From contig JAAOMT010000226.1 in NCBI GenBank assembly GCA_016748015.1, forward strand, positions 1,234,370 through 1,298,369: a stretch of 64,000 bases of DNA. Direction: 5' to 3'. The number at the start of each line of letters is the position of its first letter. Within the stretch, counting starts at the first letter, position 1. A program made the position numbers and the translations under genes. Below, piece by piece: positions 10,601-25,000 of the stretch. The DNA is from Geosiphon pyriformis uo1. Its lineage: Eukaryota; Fungi; Glomeromycota. The notes beneath the pieces are model-generated. The model was not told where the DNA came from and searched no databases. It saw nothing but the letters and a program-made list of their open reading frames with translations.

Positions 10601-12474
10601 ATGAGTAATAATGGCGCTTCCGTGTCCTCTTCTGAGGTTAAAGCAACTTCAACCCATATAGGATCAGAAGAAAGCTCTAATACGCTTGATACTGCTCAAG
10701 TTAAAATCACTTCTACTCCCGAATTAAATGAGTCCGTCAAAGCTTCGATTCCCAATGACTCTTTCAATTCGGAAGAAACAGAAAATCTCCAACTATTGAC
10801 TGAAGAAGGGAAGAAAGCCTATTCTAAACAGGAGTTCGAAATAGCAATTTACAAGTTCGGGGAAGCGTCGCGTCTCAGGTATGTAAAAGTAGCCTAACTT
10901 TTCTGATGTGTTCTCAGCTTGATTACATCATGATAAATCTCAAACATAAATATTATTCCTTAAATCTCCTGAAATTCTCAAGTGAAAAACTTTATGGGGA
11001 ACAGTCACCACAGTATGCTGATTCTTTGATTTATTATGGTCGGGCATTATTCGAAAATGCAATAGCTCAAAGCTCCGTTCTAGGAAATAGTTTCCCCTCA
11101 AAAGATCCTGAAACGGATCACGGTAATCTAACTGGTTTTTAAATTTTAAGGATATCCATCTTTACTTTAATTTCTATTATACTAACACGGTATTACCCAT
11201 AAAAATGAATAGTAGAAATTCCTTTAAATCCTCCACCTGATAACAAGCGATTCTTTTTCGAAGGAGAACCAAACTTCGGTCAAGATGAAGGCGAGGAAAT
11301 AGAAGTTATAGAAGCACAAGCCGAAGAAGCCGATCTGGCTGATCAAGAGACATCTGATCAATTGGATGATTTATGCTATGCTTGGGAGGCACTTGATGCG
11401 GCTAGAGTTATTTATTCACGAATTGGCACCGAAGCAGCCAAAATAATTCTCGGTGACTTATATATAATATTGGGAGATATATCTCTTGAAAATGGTAACA
11501 TTTATTCAACATATTGCTCTTTCTTGTTTACAAGTAACAAGTTCTTAACTTAAGTTAAAATACAGAATCGTTTGATAAGGCTGTCGTTGATTTCAAGGAG
11601 GGTTTGAATCTAAAACTGGCACAGCTGACAGAAGATGATCGACAACTTGCTGAGGCATATCCTTTCTTGAAAAATATTCCTATTATATTACAAAATTCTA
11701 GAAACCACGTTTCTATTATGCTTGACTAATCGCACTCATTATAAGCTGGCTTTAGGTTTAGAGCTAACCACACAAAACCAAACTCTTGCTGTTGAACATG
11801 TCCAAAAAGCGATGGAAGTTCTTAAAAAACATAAACTCGTTTTAAATACTTCATTGATCAGTCTCCAAGAAGGAAATTTTGGCAAGGGCAAAGGCTTAGC
11901 AACGGCTATTGATGATCCCAACCGCATTGAAAAGGAATTAAAGGAGATTGACGGGTTCTTGCAAGATATGGAGGCTAAGGTCAAAGACATGGAATCTGGC
12001 CACACTTCAAGAAATATAGACGATCAAAACGCTGTATTCGATGCACTTTTGAAATCTGCCTTTACGACTAATGAAGATTCTTTAATCCAAACGTGTGAGC
12101 CCGAACTTGGGGCAAAATCCAAACATATATCTGTAAATGACCTGACTTCTCTCATTAAGCGGAAGAATTCAAAGATAACGCTCCCAGCTGAAAATAACTC
12201 TGAACCTGATTCGAATAACCCTGTTCCTATAATTGATAATAGTCTTAAACTTACAAATGATTCTGAGCCAGCTAAAAAACTTGAAACGACCCATGATAGC
12301 TTATTCTCAATAAAAGATGTTGATCAAGAAAATGCGCAGTCGTCAACAGTCAACCATCCTGTCACCAATAATACCGTCGATATTAATTCAAATCAAAACA
12401 ATGAAGGCAAGAAAAGAAAATCAGACAGGGACCGGGATTACGGAGATAGTATCTCCAAAAAAAGTAGGATATAA
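10601..12474 (+). CDS. NASP: NASP/Sim3/Hif1 family SHNi-TPR histone chaperone, 5 exons (10601-10878, 10983-11122, 11213-11494, 11566-11656, 11736-12474), about 509 aa
   Basis: TPR1 (GKKAYSKQEFEIAIYKFGEAS); TPR2 (YYGRALFENA) interrupted by an acidic patch and resuming at DDLCYAWEALDAAR; TPR3 (LGDISLENESFDKAVVDF); TPR4 (LAEAHYKLALGLE); C-terminal basic NLS (KKRK...KKSRI). Splice phases are consistent and total 1530 nt. Confidence 0.92.
11657..11735 (+). other. U12-type (minor spliceosome) AT-AC intron, 79 nt
   Basis: 5' site ATATCCTTT; branch-like TGCTTGAC at 11719-11726; 3' site CAC. Removal restores L-A-E-A-H-Y-K-L in frame. Confidence 0.92.
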
Positions 12475-13049
12475 GTTGGCAGAACTAAAGAGAGGCAATT
12501 CAAATCATGTTTTATGGGAATTTAAAAACTCGTTTATTTTTTCTTTTTTTCAAATTAATTTTTTCCTTTCCACTTTTTGTTTAATTATTAAACCCTATTA
12601 CTTTTAGTATCATACATATTTTTCTGTAAATTTTACATTACCCCTTTTCACAGCAAAATTCATGAGGATTTTAAAATCATCAACTTTTATAAATTTGATT
12701 ACATAATAAATTTTTAATAAGTGTAACAAAACATTAAAATAAATGTTTTTAAAATAAAAAATATAAAACCAATAAATAAGACAGTTTACATAATAAAATT
12801 TTAAAAACTTATATTTACATATAATATTAATATTTTTATTTATTTATTTATTTTAAATATTAGTTTTTAGTTTTTATTAATGTTTTAAATTATTTTGTTA
12901 AATAAATATAGTCTAATTATTATTTTTTTACATATAACTTAAATATATTATATATTAATATATAAGTTATGTTTTATTATTATTATTATTATTATTAATT
13001 AACATATATTTTAATTATTTTTTAATATTATTTTTTATTAAAAGATTTA

Positions 13050-16000
13050 TAAGTAAAGCTTAACTGCTATCTAATATATAAATCCAAATTAAGTAGAACA
13101 AACTAAATACAGTTTATGTTCTTACTATATGTAACCAGTCACTTAAACCAAACAAGACAATATTACACATTTATATAAACAACAACATTTTCATTCAAAC
13201 TAGAAAAGAAAAAGCACAGTTTGTGCTTACTAAAACTAACTGCAAAAGCTTTTACAATACCAAATATTTAAACCATTTCATTTAATAAAATAAATACTAT
13301 CCTATAAGACAAATCTAAAACCAAATCATTATCTTTGATCAATCCAGTTTTTTTTATATTTATCTTATGCTTGAATTTTATAAGTTATATCTTAATATAA
13401 TACAACTTCATCAAATGTCTTACATAATCAATAAAAACAGAAACAGCTTTTCTCTTTTCATTAAAAACCATAATAGTCTTAACATATTATTCACACAGCA
13501 CAAATCTTTTATAAATTATAGTATATAAACTCAAATTTAAAGAACATAAAAAAGTGTTTGCAAAACAACAAAAGAAGGCAAACAAAAAACATTTACTAAT
13601 AACACTTATTTTTCAAAAGCCTTAGCCAAAATGTCTTTTTGGATACCAATATCCTCAGCATAAGTAAAAATATAGTCAGACAATTTCACTTTATTACACA
13701 GCAAACACAGTATGCCAGAATATACTTTGTTATACAACTTTTTTCTAATCATTACAGATAGTTATCTATGTATAACTTTTATTAAATATGTGTATTAGTT
13801 AGCAGATTTTTTACTAATAAACCCAAAAAATATGTGCAAATTAGAATGCCAGACTCTTGTAATAGCTATTCAATTCACTTTTTTAATCATTGCACTTGAA
13901 ACCATACTAAAACTAAGACCAGCTTTCTAATAAATATAACAAATAGACTTGTACAAATCATAAACAAAAAAATGAGCATTACCAGACACAGTCATTTTAT
14001 CAGTTATTAAAAACCATTTACAAATTCTTATCAGCAACAAAAAAGGAGAGTTAGCAGCCTTATCTATCATTGTGTCAATATGAATATTGTCAAAAATACC
14101 TGAATGTCTTTTAACTTTCATTTACATAACAGAAAAATTTTTATTTTTGACCAAATTAACAATATGTTTTTTTTCAATCTAATACTAATTGTGGAAGTCA
14201 GATGTAGCAAACAAAATCTCAAATAAACATGTATTAATTGCAAATTGGCTATTTAAATATAAAATTACAGCACAAGAAGATAGAATATACTTCAATATTA
14301 GCATAATAGCTTGTAATTTAGCTAATGTAAATAACACAAGCCCATATACTTTTATGTTGATATTCATATTCAAAACTGAAAAATAAGCAGCCATCTCACT
14401 AGTAACCTCAGCAGAACCAACACACTTTAACAAATTATCTGTGTAGATTTTAATAAAATTGAACCAAATTTCAAGCAAACTTCTATGTACATTAGAGAAC
14501 TTTTCAGACATTAAAACATCTAATTTACATGATTTATGGGCATTAGTAGACCCAACTGCTAAAGAGTCTATTTTACTTAAAAACACAGATGCCAGCTTAA
14601 ACCAAAAAGACATAAAGCCTCTAAAATCTAATTTTTTCCACTTTCAAAATGTCTTTTAGTTTATAATATTCTTTTTTTTGTCTAAAAGTTTGTTATTAAA
14701 GCAACATTAAATTGCTTTAAAGAAAAACAGAACTATAATACAGAGATTTTTCCAAAATGTTAGATATTGAAATCTTACCAGAACTACAAAAAGCACTGGG
14801 CAAATTGTTTACTAATAATAAATTATTATTTAAAAAAATTTTAACCACTATGGCCAAAAAATTGTTTACTAAATTAACACATAATTTAATAAAAAATTGC
14901 AAAAAATTCAAAAAAGATCATCCCAAAACCTGCAAATTTAAGAATTTATACTTAAATAAATGCTTAAAAATACCCAGTGCATTAAAAAAAACAATTAATA
15001 AAGCCAATTTTTTTTCAAATTGCACTTGTTTAAAAGATTTCAAAACATATAAAGATGGATAATACAGAGCTTTACTAGAAAAATTTTATAACAAACCAGC
15101 CTTGGCTTTAAGACTTTTTCTAATTATTACATCTTATTTATAACATATACCTAACAAAACAAAATTAAATTGTAACTAATAGCTAATTATAAATTATAAA
15201 ACAGCTGACATCAAATAAAAAAACTGTTTATCTATAATCACTTTTCTTAATATTATATTGGAAAAAAATCTAATATTTGCATAAGTCTAAGCCAAGCTAG
15301 ACTTAGAAAGATCTTTAGCCAACAAAAAAATATTTAAGTATCTGTATAGTTTACTTTTTTTAGCAATTAAAATTAACAGGCCACTGATTATTAATAAAGT
15401 ATTCTTAATATTCTAATTGATAGAAATAGCCACCATTTTTTCATTATTAATTGAAATATTATTAATATTAAAAAATTCATTCACAATATTCAAAATATAC
15501 TATATAGAAGCTTGGCTACTGCTAATCCAAATTGTATTATCAACAAAGACACTAGCAGCAAAAAATGAAGTTTTTTTTACTAATAGTCTCAATTCTGTTA
15601 GTCTTGGCTACAAACTTAATATTAATTTAATATCTACACAAATGTTTATGTCTTTTAACTTTACACAAAAACAGATCATAAAAAATTCTCTAAAGAAGAA
15701 AAGAAAAAACTTCACTTTAATTCAACTCATTATGTACCTTGTAACTATTTGAAAGCCCAAAATCAGTCATCATCTTATTAATCTGATCTTTATATATGTT
15801 GCCAAAAATTCAATAAACTGACTGTATATCTTAATATATTACAAGCTAGCTCTTAGATAATACCACTTTATAGAATTATAAGTCTTTCACATATTCTATA
15901 AAACCAATCAAAGCTCCCTATTTTTCTTCAGTGTATCTTTGACCACAGACCCAATAGCAAAAATAAGAGACTGAATTGAGATATTCTTCAACACTAAAAA

Positions 16001-19000
16001 GTTGTTATCATGAAAAACATTAAATTTGCTGTATACTAAGAATATCCAATCAAAAAAAATCTTGAATAAGATTTTTTTAGCTGTCTTAATTAGTATAATA
16101 AGTCGAGTATTTGTCAAAACATTATTCTATTCATAAGATTTGGAGATCATAGAAACTCATGCTCTTTTCTAAGGAACTAAAACTATATCCAAAATTAAAC
16201 ACAAATTTAGCAATCTTAAAAAATATTTTAACATCTTATTATTACAATGTTTTTAAAGTTTATTAGATATCTCAAACAATACAATAGCCTTGTTATTTGA
16301 CAAATCATCAACTATTAAAGCTAATTTTTCCAAATCAATCTTACTTATTATATCAGAAAAGACACTATTATTAATATAATTCAAAAGCATATATTGGTAA
16401 GACCAAAGCTTAGATATTCTTGAAAACATCAATTATTTTTTTGTCCATTCTTTTATAATTTCATCAATTTTGAGCTTTATCTCCTTAGATTCTACTATCA
16501 ATTTATCTCTTATCACCAAGTAATCTAACACAATTTTGCAAAAAAGTTATTTTAAAATACTCTTTATTATTCTCTTTTTGTCAAAACAGAAAATTTTCAT
16601 ATGTTGCTCAATTGCCTTCCTAATAGCTGTATTTTTAGATATTTTTAACTTATAATATTTGGATTGCTAATACTTCTTCTTAACCAGTAACAAATGTTTA
16701 ATAATGTCAGTTGATCTTATATAATCTTGAATCATATTGGCCATCTTAGATGCCTTAATATTATTAACTGACAACTAAACATTAACAAGATGTTTAAACT
16801 TCAACAAATTACCAGAACATTATTTTTTATAATCTTGGCTATAAGCAGTTCTAACTTAAAAAATTTTAATAATAATTTGTTTTTTGCACAATCATATTTA
16901 CTATACCAATATTTAGAGAACACTACATTAGCAGATTGTATTATAGTTTCTTTCAACACATTTCATATTATATCCAAATTACTATAATATTCTGTTTTCT
17001 TGAATACATTAAACTCTGTTAATAATCTATTAAAAGTGTGTTTTCTAAATTTCACCTATTTGATGTTATTAGTATCTTTAATCTTAAACTTCTATCAATT
17101 TTAATTAACTTATTTATAGATATTATTAAAACAAACATTTAAAAAACCATCCAGACCAATTAAAACTGAGACTATTTTATAATTAGTATTAAAAAATTTT
17201 GACACAATATTAATCTTATAACTTGTAATTACAGATGCCAGATTTTTATTTACAAATATAAAATGCAACACTTTTTTAACACTTTTGGAATTGCTTTAAG
17301 TAAGAGTTTTACCCAAAAAATGCTTATTAAAAACATTAACCAGATTCAAATCCAAATAAAACTTGAAACTTGTATTCTTTTTGAACTTATTCTTATTAAA
17401 ATTCTTACTTAAAACCATTAAAAAGCTAGAATTAACTGTTTTTGAGATAATAAAATTGATAATAGAAGTCTGATTAAACTGTACATTAGTAGACCTTCCA
17501 ATATATAAACCCAAAATTATAACCAAAAGCTTGTCTTTAAACAAGAGCCATATAGAAATTAAATAATCTAAAATCTTATTTATCTTAAAAACATAATAAA
17601 CAAAAGAACTGTTCATAATTATAACAATGCTTATACCAAAAAAACCAACATCCAAACCAAAAGTAAAAATCCAAACTTCATTAAACTTATTTATAATTTA
17701 TAGTCTAATGTTAGATTTTAATTTAGTTTATGTTATAATCAAAATTATATTTTCTAATTCTATATGTCAATAAACAATATCTTTCTGTTTAGCAAGAACA
17801 TTAAAACTCTAAACATTGTATGTAGCAATCTTCTAAACCAAATTTGTTATTGAGAAAAATAATATTCTGACCCCAAACAAGATTGTTAACTTTGGCTAAA
17901 AGATCTATAATCATATTTAAAAAACTTATTAAGTTGTCTCCCAATTTAAAAACTATTAAAAAATCTAAAGACACTGCTTTTATATCAGTTTTACTACAAG
18001 TGAATAGATTTGAACCCTTACTTATTACTATATTTGTCTTTTGATTCTGTGACAAAAAGATTACTAATGGCTAATATTCAAGACTAGACTGGAAAACTAT
18101 TGGTCTAAGTATATCTAATCTCTTAGCCAGCTTGTTGACTTGCTTTGTAAGACTAACAAAACTGCATTTAAGAGCAGCAAATCTATTGTTTACATTCAAA
18201 AAAACCAGCAAGAGTGGTTTAGCATCCAAAAATAAACCAATACTAAAAAAAACCAAAGATACTACATGAGAAATGGAATCATTAACAATCTGTATTTAAG
18301 TTTTTCCACCAAATAAAATGAGATAAGTAATTAGTGCCTGCTTCTTTTTATATATGTTTGCCAGATAGATTTAATCTTGAAAGGTAACCAACTATTTACT
18401 GTGACTGCTCAAATTTCTATCTATTGAATATATACTAAAAACATAATCAAAATAAGTGCACTGAGCACAGTAGACCAAAAAAAGACCAGTTCTAGTGCAA
18501 ATTCACATTCTTAAAAACTGGCATAGAATTAATAGCAGCCTTTTTAGAAGCCTTATCAGCAAAACAAATTATAGCACATTTATTATGCACATATGAATTT
18601 AAATTACAGCCAATAAAACAAGTTTTTTTATCATATAATTTTAGCAAATTAGAAAAATTATAAGCAGTGTTACCAGTAGAATTTTAGCTATTAATTAGCA
18701 TGAAATTATTCTTATAATTCCTATCAGTAATTAAAATGTTAATATCAATTCAAATTATCACTTATTATTTAATCAATTTATCACATATTACGATTCAATT
18801 AATAATCCAATTAGTACAACAGAAAGTAAGATGATCAAATTACACAATACTCTGAACTTTGTAATATTCAAAAATTCGCCAAAATTTATAGAAATTCGCC
18901 GAAATTATGAATAGTTCATCCAAATTAATCAATAGTTCAGCAAAATAACTTGTAGTTCATCAAAATGTATTTTTAGTTTGCCGAAATTTGAGCAAAGAGA

Positions 19001-20790
19001 AGAAGTGCAAGTTCATAGACTAGTACTACAACAAGTTGTATAAAAGAAGAGTTTTTCTCTTCAAGAAAATGTATCTTACTTTAGATTTATCATTTAGAAC
19101 CATTCCTATACACAAAAAAAGAAATAAATATCAAATAATTCGAAAAACCAAATTCTTTAATTATTGCACTTGGAAAATTCTCAAAACCCAATTAACATTT
19201 TGAAATTGATTAGCTACTAATTTCAGTAAAACTGTTAGTGACTCTAGGCCTGGATAGAAAACGTTTCTCTTGACAGAATTCAATTTCTTTTACATTTCTT
19301 TTACTTTTCTTTTATTTTCTTATTATAATAATTAAGATAGCCTACAGATAAGATTTCTGTAGAAGAGTTGACTTTCACAACAAAGTAACTACACATTTTT
19401 AGTGAACTTCCAGATGAGCAATTCCTGAGAAAGAGTTGACATTTACTATAACATAACTACATAAAGTAACTGGCAAGGAATTGGTCATTCCACCTATAAG
19501 CCCAGCAGTTCAAATTATAAAAGATAATTTGAAGATAAATTCAGTTACTAGAGGTTCAACTACTTCAAGCAAATGTGAATTTGCAACCAACAGACATTTA
19601 CAACATTCAAGAAAAGAGACCAAAAACCTCTGGTAACAGCAGTAATACCAATTGACAAAGTATATAGCAAAGTCTAATAAAGATTTTTAGATACCCATGA
19701 CTGTTTATTATTGATTATCAAAGCCACACACACAGAATTTTTTTCCATAAAAACTGACCAGTTGAAAACAATTGAGCTAACAACATCTAATAATTTAAAT
19801 TCAACTAGAATCTTTTGCCAAAAACCAATTAGCTGTATTTTGATTGAAATAATATTGCCAAATTTAAAAAAGACTAATTCTACTGCCAATTTGAAGAAAT
19901 TTACAGAGATTTCCTTGATAATAATCTTTTGCTGTATAGTTGTTTGGTTTTTTAATGTTATTATTAACCAGGATTTTCTTACTAACTGCCAATTTTTTTG
20001 TCTTTTTCAAACTCAATTCAGATGTAAAAAAAAAATTTGATTATTTCAGAAAGTTTTGAGAAAGTAAAGACTTTTACAAAACCATCCACATAATAAAAAT
20101 TTTTTTTTACAGCAATTAACTTATTATTATTAGTTTTGTTGAACACAGCAAACAGCTTAACATCTAATACAAATGATTTAACAGACTCAAAGTTTTACTT
20201 TTCCAAAACATGTAACTTAACCAATAGCAACTGCTTAGAACCAACAAACTTAAAAGATAAAAACACTAAACTATCATCATTATCATTCATATTAACAAAT
20301 GAAAGTGTCTTTGAAAAATGACCCAATACATATGTTTAAATATGAATTTTTTTTAATGTAGTTTTGTTTATATTCTTATTACTTACCAAAGTATCTGAAT
20401 TTGCATAACTTGTTTCCTTAGCATCTGTGTTTTTCATATTTTCAACATCTGAAAAACCACTAATACTACTTATAACACTATTAACATTGCTTTTTCAGGA
20501 CACCACTAGCTTAATACCAGCTCCAATAATATTTTTTAAACTTAAAGGACCAGCAAATGAGTTAATTATACTATTAATTACAAACTTCCTTTAGTTTTTT
20601 ATAAGATGTACTGCAAAAGTAGACACTTTTTACACATTTTTTTTGGCACTTAGACAAATCTCCAAACCAGTTGAACCAAAACCAAAACCATTAGCAAACA
20701 TGTTTACTGGTTTTATTATAACAAAAAAGGTTGTATATGAAAAAATAACTAAAAAAAACAAAGAAAAAAAGAAGAAAAAAAAACTAGTTC
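13050..20790 (-). mobile_element. near full-length degenerate LINE (ORF1 + APE endonuclease-RT-RNase H-Cys knuckle ORF2)
   Basis: ORF1 starts near 20702. Endonuclease about 17100-17840; RT motif FVD(N)TIW at 15536-15547; RNase H remnants IYTD(N)LL, LA(K)LQAI, YL(N)SQ, KVK(R)HSG at about 14060-14450. The 3' UTR is shared with 62830-62950. Confidence 0.88.
18668..19638 (+). repeat. solo LTR of Gypsy family B (971 bp), TSD GCAG
   Basis: TGTTACCAG...CTGGTAACA; GCAG at 18664-18667 and 19639-19642; reverse complement of LTRs 38014-38984 and 46949-47919; splits LINE ORF1. Confidence 0.95.
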
Positions 20791-20829
20791 TTTAATAAAG
20801 CTTTTATTCTCATTATGACCAGGAAATTG

Positions 20830-21330
20830 ACAAAAAAATTTTTATAAGTTAAATTGTATTTAATATAAAATATATATTTTAATATAATAAAATATTTTAA
20901 ATTAATATACATATTTTTTATATATAATTAAATATAAATTCAGTTTAAATTATATTATATTAAAATTATAAAAATAAATTTATTTATTGTAAAAATTTTA
21001 TGCACAATTATAATTATAATATTACTTTTAAAAATTAAATCAGTTAATTATACAGTTATATTTGTATTAAATTTAATATTAAAAATTTAAATCTTTTAAA
21101 ATATATTAATTTTGTAAAAGTTTTCTTATTTAAAAAATTTAGGTTCTTATTAAATTTATTATTATTATTATTTATATACTTTACTTTAAAATTAATTATT
21201 TTTTTGTTTATTTTACCAACCTATTTTTTAATAATACTAATATGTTTTTTAATAACTAGAGTTTTTTTTAATTTTAATATATATATTTTTTTTATTAATA
21301 TTTTATGAGTAAAATTTAAATACTACTTAA
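20830..21330 (-). mobile_element. 3' end fragment of the ORF1-only LINE family
   Basis: Reverse complement aligns with about 9700-10200. Confidence 0.6.
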
Positions 21331-21334
21331 CATA

Positions 21335-21950
21335 ATATATCAAACTAAATAATTTAAACTAAACACACATCATGTATTTTCTATATATGACCAATTACTT
21401 GAACTAATTAAAACAATATTATAAATCTATTTTAACAAAGATTACATAATCAATACCAAAAAAAAAACTGTTGAGCTTACAAAAACCAAAACTAATACTA
21501 TATATATCTTTAATTCTAAGCAACTTAATAATATTATCAGAAAACAAAATCAAATAACTATGCACATTTGGAGACACAGAACCATTATGTGCAATCAAAC
21601 TTTTTTTCTCTATAAATGTTTTATACTTAGCCCTTATTAATTACACTTTAATTTAATAAACTATTTTCAAATTCCATATTAAATCAATAATTTTTTTGCT
21701 GGCAGTCTTGATACAACTAAAAATAGAAACAGTCTTCAAGTACTATTACAAGTTAGAATAATAAATTAACAGATAACAAAAGAGAACAAGATTGTAAGGT
21801 AATAGAAATAATCAAAAAAAGAATTACAATAAAGAAACAAATTAAATAAGTAAGAATTCAATATATATAATCAGTCTTATAAAAATCACAGTTACAAATT
21901 TTTTTTAAAAATCTAAAAATAGAGAAATAATCTATGATTTTTAACAAAAT
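21335..21950 (-). mobile_element. LINE-derived fragment carrying the shared LINE 3' UTR
   Basis: 21355-21440 resembles 13100-13180. The upstream part is too decayed to assign. Confidence 0.4.
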
Positions 21951-22069
21951 AATACTACTGCTATTATTTTATGTCTTAACTTGGCAATTTTTAAAATTAA
22001 TAACAAGTATTATTGTGCTTTTCAATTGTTTTTTTATTCAATAAATTACAAGAGCAAATAATTGCTTCT

Positions 22070-25000
22070 TAGACTAATTCTAACAATACAAATCAAAAAT
22101 AAAATAAAATAAAATATGTAAATGTTAACAAGTAATCTTTTATTTCAAAATATTCAAATACTTAAAAGTAGAAAAAAAAATAAGCAATATAAGAAGAAGT
22201 AATTAATAGTAGATTTTTATTTCATTACTTTAATCATGTCTTTTTATAGCTAAGAAACTTATTACTTATATAGCTATTAAAAATGGTTAATAATCAGATT
22301 AACAACTAAGTTAATGATTAGATTAATGATTACTATCTAAAAATAGAATGGCTAATTATATAACATTAGTGGCTAATATATGTAATAACTAATAAAAAGT
22401 ATGAGTTTTAACCATAATATTATCCTTTTCAAAAAAATTGAGCTTTGGTAAAATCAAGCTATTTATAGAATAATCTATTTGAAAAGTTTTATCTAGCTTA
22501 AAACTAATTAGTTTATTGAAGTTTTTTGTAGATAAGATATATAATACTTAAAGTAAAATGAGTTTTATATCCAAGAGACCAAATTTTTATATAAGAGTTT
22601 TGGTTCTTTTAGCAATAGTCAAAACTCTTGGGACATCTAACTGTATAATGCCCAAAATTTTTACCTATATCTTTGAAGTTGTTTTTTTTATGAGCTTTAT
22701 ATCCTCTATAATTTTACCAAAATGACTATAGAGTTTTAATTGTTTTCCAGATAACAAGTTTTTGTCTATGAATAAAATTTTCTTAATTGTTTTTCTAATT
22801 ATAATGGAAAGTAAAAATATTGTGGCTGTTATACTTTCCAGCAGATATTTATTTATTTTGCTACCAATTTTTTCTTTTCTGGTAGTGGTTTTTTTTGATC
22901 TAATAACAGTATGTGTTTTACTGTTATCAGTTATGGTGGTTTGTTTTCCAATAGTCAAAGTAGTATTTAGATAATTTTTAATTCAATACTTATGAAAAAT
23001 ATAGAAGACATTTTGAATGTTTTGATTCAGAAAATAATTGTTTATGTCAATTAAAAATATTTTTGTTTTGGAAATAGTGTATTTATTTATATCTAATTTT
23101 TGTTAATTATTTGGGTCAGTATTATTATAACAAGTAACTAATCAGATTATTTGTAATATTTCTTGAGTTGTATATTATGAACAGAGGAATCATTGAAGAT
23201 TGTTTCATATTGATTTTGTAGAATATAAGAATTATTATTCAAAACTTTGTTGACTAAAAAGGGTCTTTTCTACCAGCTAGAAAATTTATTATCATAAATA
23301 TTGTTTCTGTCTAAGTAATATTCCAAAACTAAGTTACTAATACTTAAAAAAAGTGTTTTATAAGTTTTTTTCTTTTTAAGCTTTTTTTAGAACTGTTTTA
23401 TTTTTTCAAAGACAATTATTTATGTTTTATTAAAGAGTCAAAAATAGTATCAAGTCTTTTTTGCAAAATGTTTTTGTAATTTTCTATTGTGATTTTTTTA
23501 AAGGATATTGTCTTAATATTAATTTTTATTAATAGAATTGCTATTTATCCATAAAACAGATAAAAAAGTTCATAATTTGTTATATTATAATTTACAGTTT
23601 TATAAGCAAATAAAGCTGAAAGTAGTATTTTGTCTTATAAATATGTTTTTTACTGATTTTGGCCAATGTTTTACATAGAGTTCTGTTAAAACATTTTATT
23701 GGTCATTTGTTTAAAAGTGGTAAGAAGAAAAAAGTTTATGATGTATTTTCATTTTTCTACAAAGTTTTTCAATTAGTGTACTAAAAAAAGCTTTTTTTTT
23801 ATTAGATAAAAGTTCTTTAGGGCAGCTATAGTAACAAATGATATCTTTATAAATAAAATTGGCTATTGAGACTGCTGTTTAGTCTGAGATAGCTCTTGCT
23901 TTTATCCACTTTGTAAGATAATCAATAGCTGTGATAATATATTTGTTGTTATCAGAAATTATTGTTAAAAGTCCAATAACATTTATACCAATTCTATTAA
24001 ATAATTAACCAATAAAAATAAGATGTATATTTTCTTTGTAATTGGGTTTTTTTTTCTTTGACAGATATTACAGATTTTTATGTATTTAGCAATGTCTTTT
24101 TCTAAAATAAACCAATAATAACAAGCTAAAGTTTTCTGAATTGTTTTTGTTTTTCTAAAATATCCAACTAATAGATCAGTATACATATTATAAATCACAA
24201 TTTTTTTTTTCAAATCTTATAATTTTTTGAAAGTGGTCAAGATTTTTTCTATTTTTTTTATATAGTTGGTTTTGGTAAATCAAATTTTTATTTGATTGTT
24301 TGCACAAATGTTCTTTTTGCTGCCAAGTATATTCTAATGAGCATTGTCTTTTACCCAAAAATTCTATTAAGACAGAGTAGTTGTCCAAGTTTATTATCAT
24401 GTTTGTTAAAAAAATAATTACTAATAATTAGGTTAGTTTTGTTTGAGAAAATTGTACTGTTACTAAATAATAAGTTTAAAAAAAGTGTTAGTATTTTAAT
24501 GATTAGCTCCTTTGCAATATTGAATGTTATAGTCAAATTTATTCAAGTAGAGTATCCAACAAGTTATTTGTTTGTGTTTCAGCTTTTTTTTATTATACAG
24601 CCAAACCAAGACTTAATAATCTGTTATCATTAAGAATTTTACACCAAAAAGATATTTATCTCAGTAATTAGTAGCCCAAACTACTGCTAAGCATTTTTGC
24701 TCAATAACTGAATAGTTTTGTTCTGCTGGTAAGAGAGTTCTACTAGCATAGATTATGATATGTTTTTTTCTATTTTTATCTTTTTAAGATAGAACAGCAC
24801 CAAGTCCAAAACCAAATGTATTAGTGTGGAAAATAAAAGGTTGATCCAGATCAAGTTGTTTGAGAATTGGTTCAGTAACCAGTTTTTTTTTTAGAGTTTT
24901 AAATGCTTTTTGCTAATGTGTCTTTCAATAATAATTGATATTTTTCCTGAGTAGCTAATTAAAAAGAAAAGTGATTTTGGAAAAATCCTTGATAAATTTG

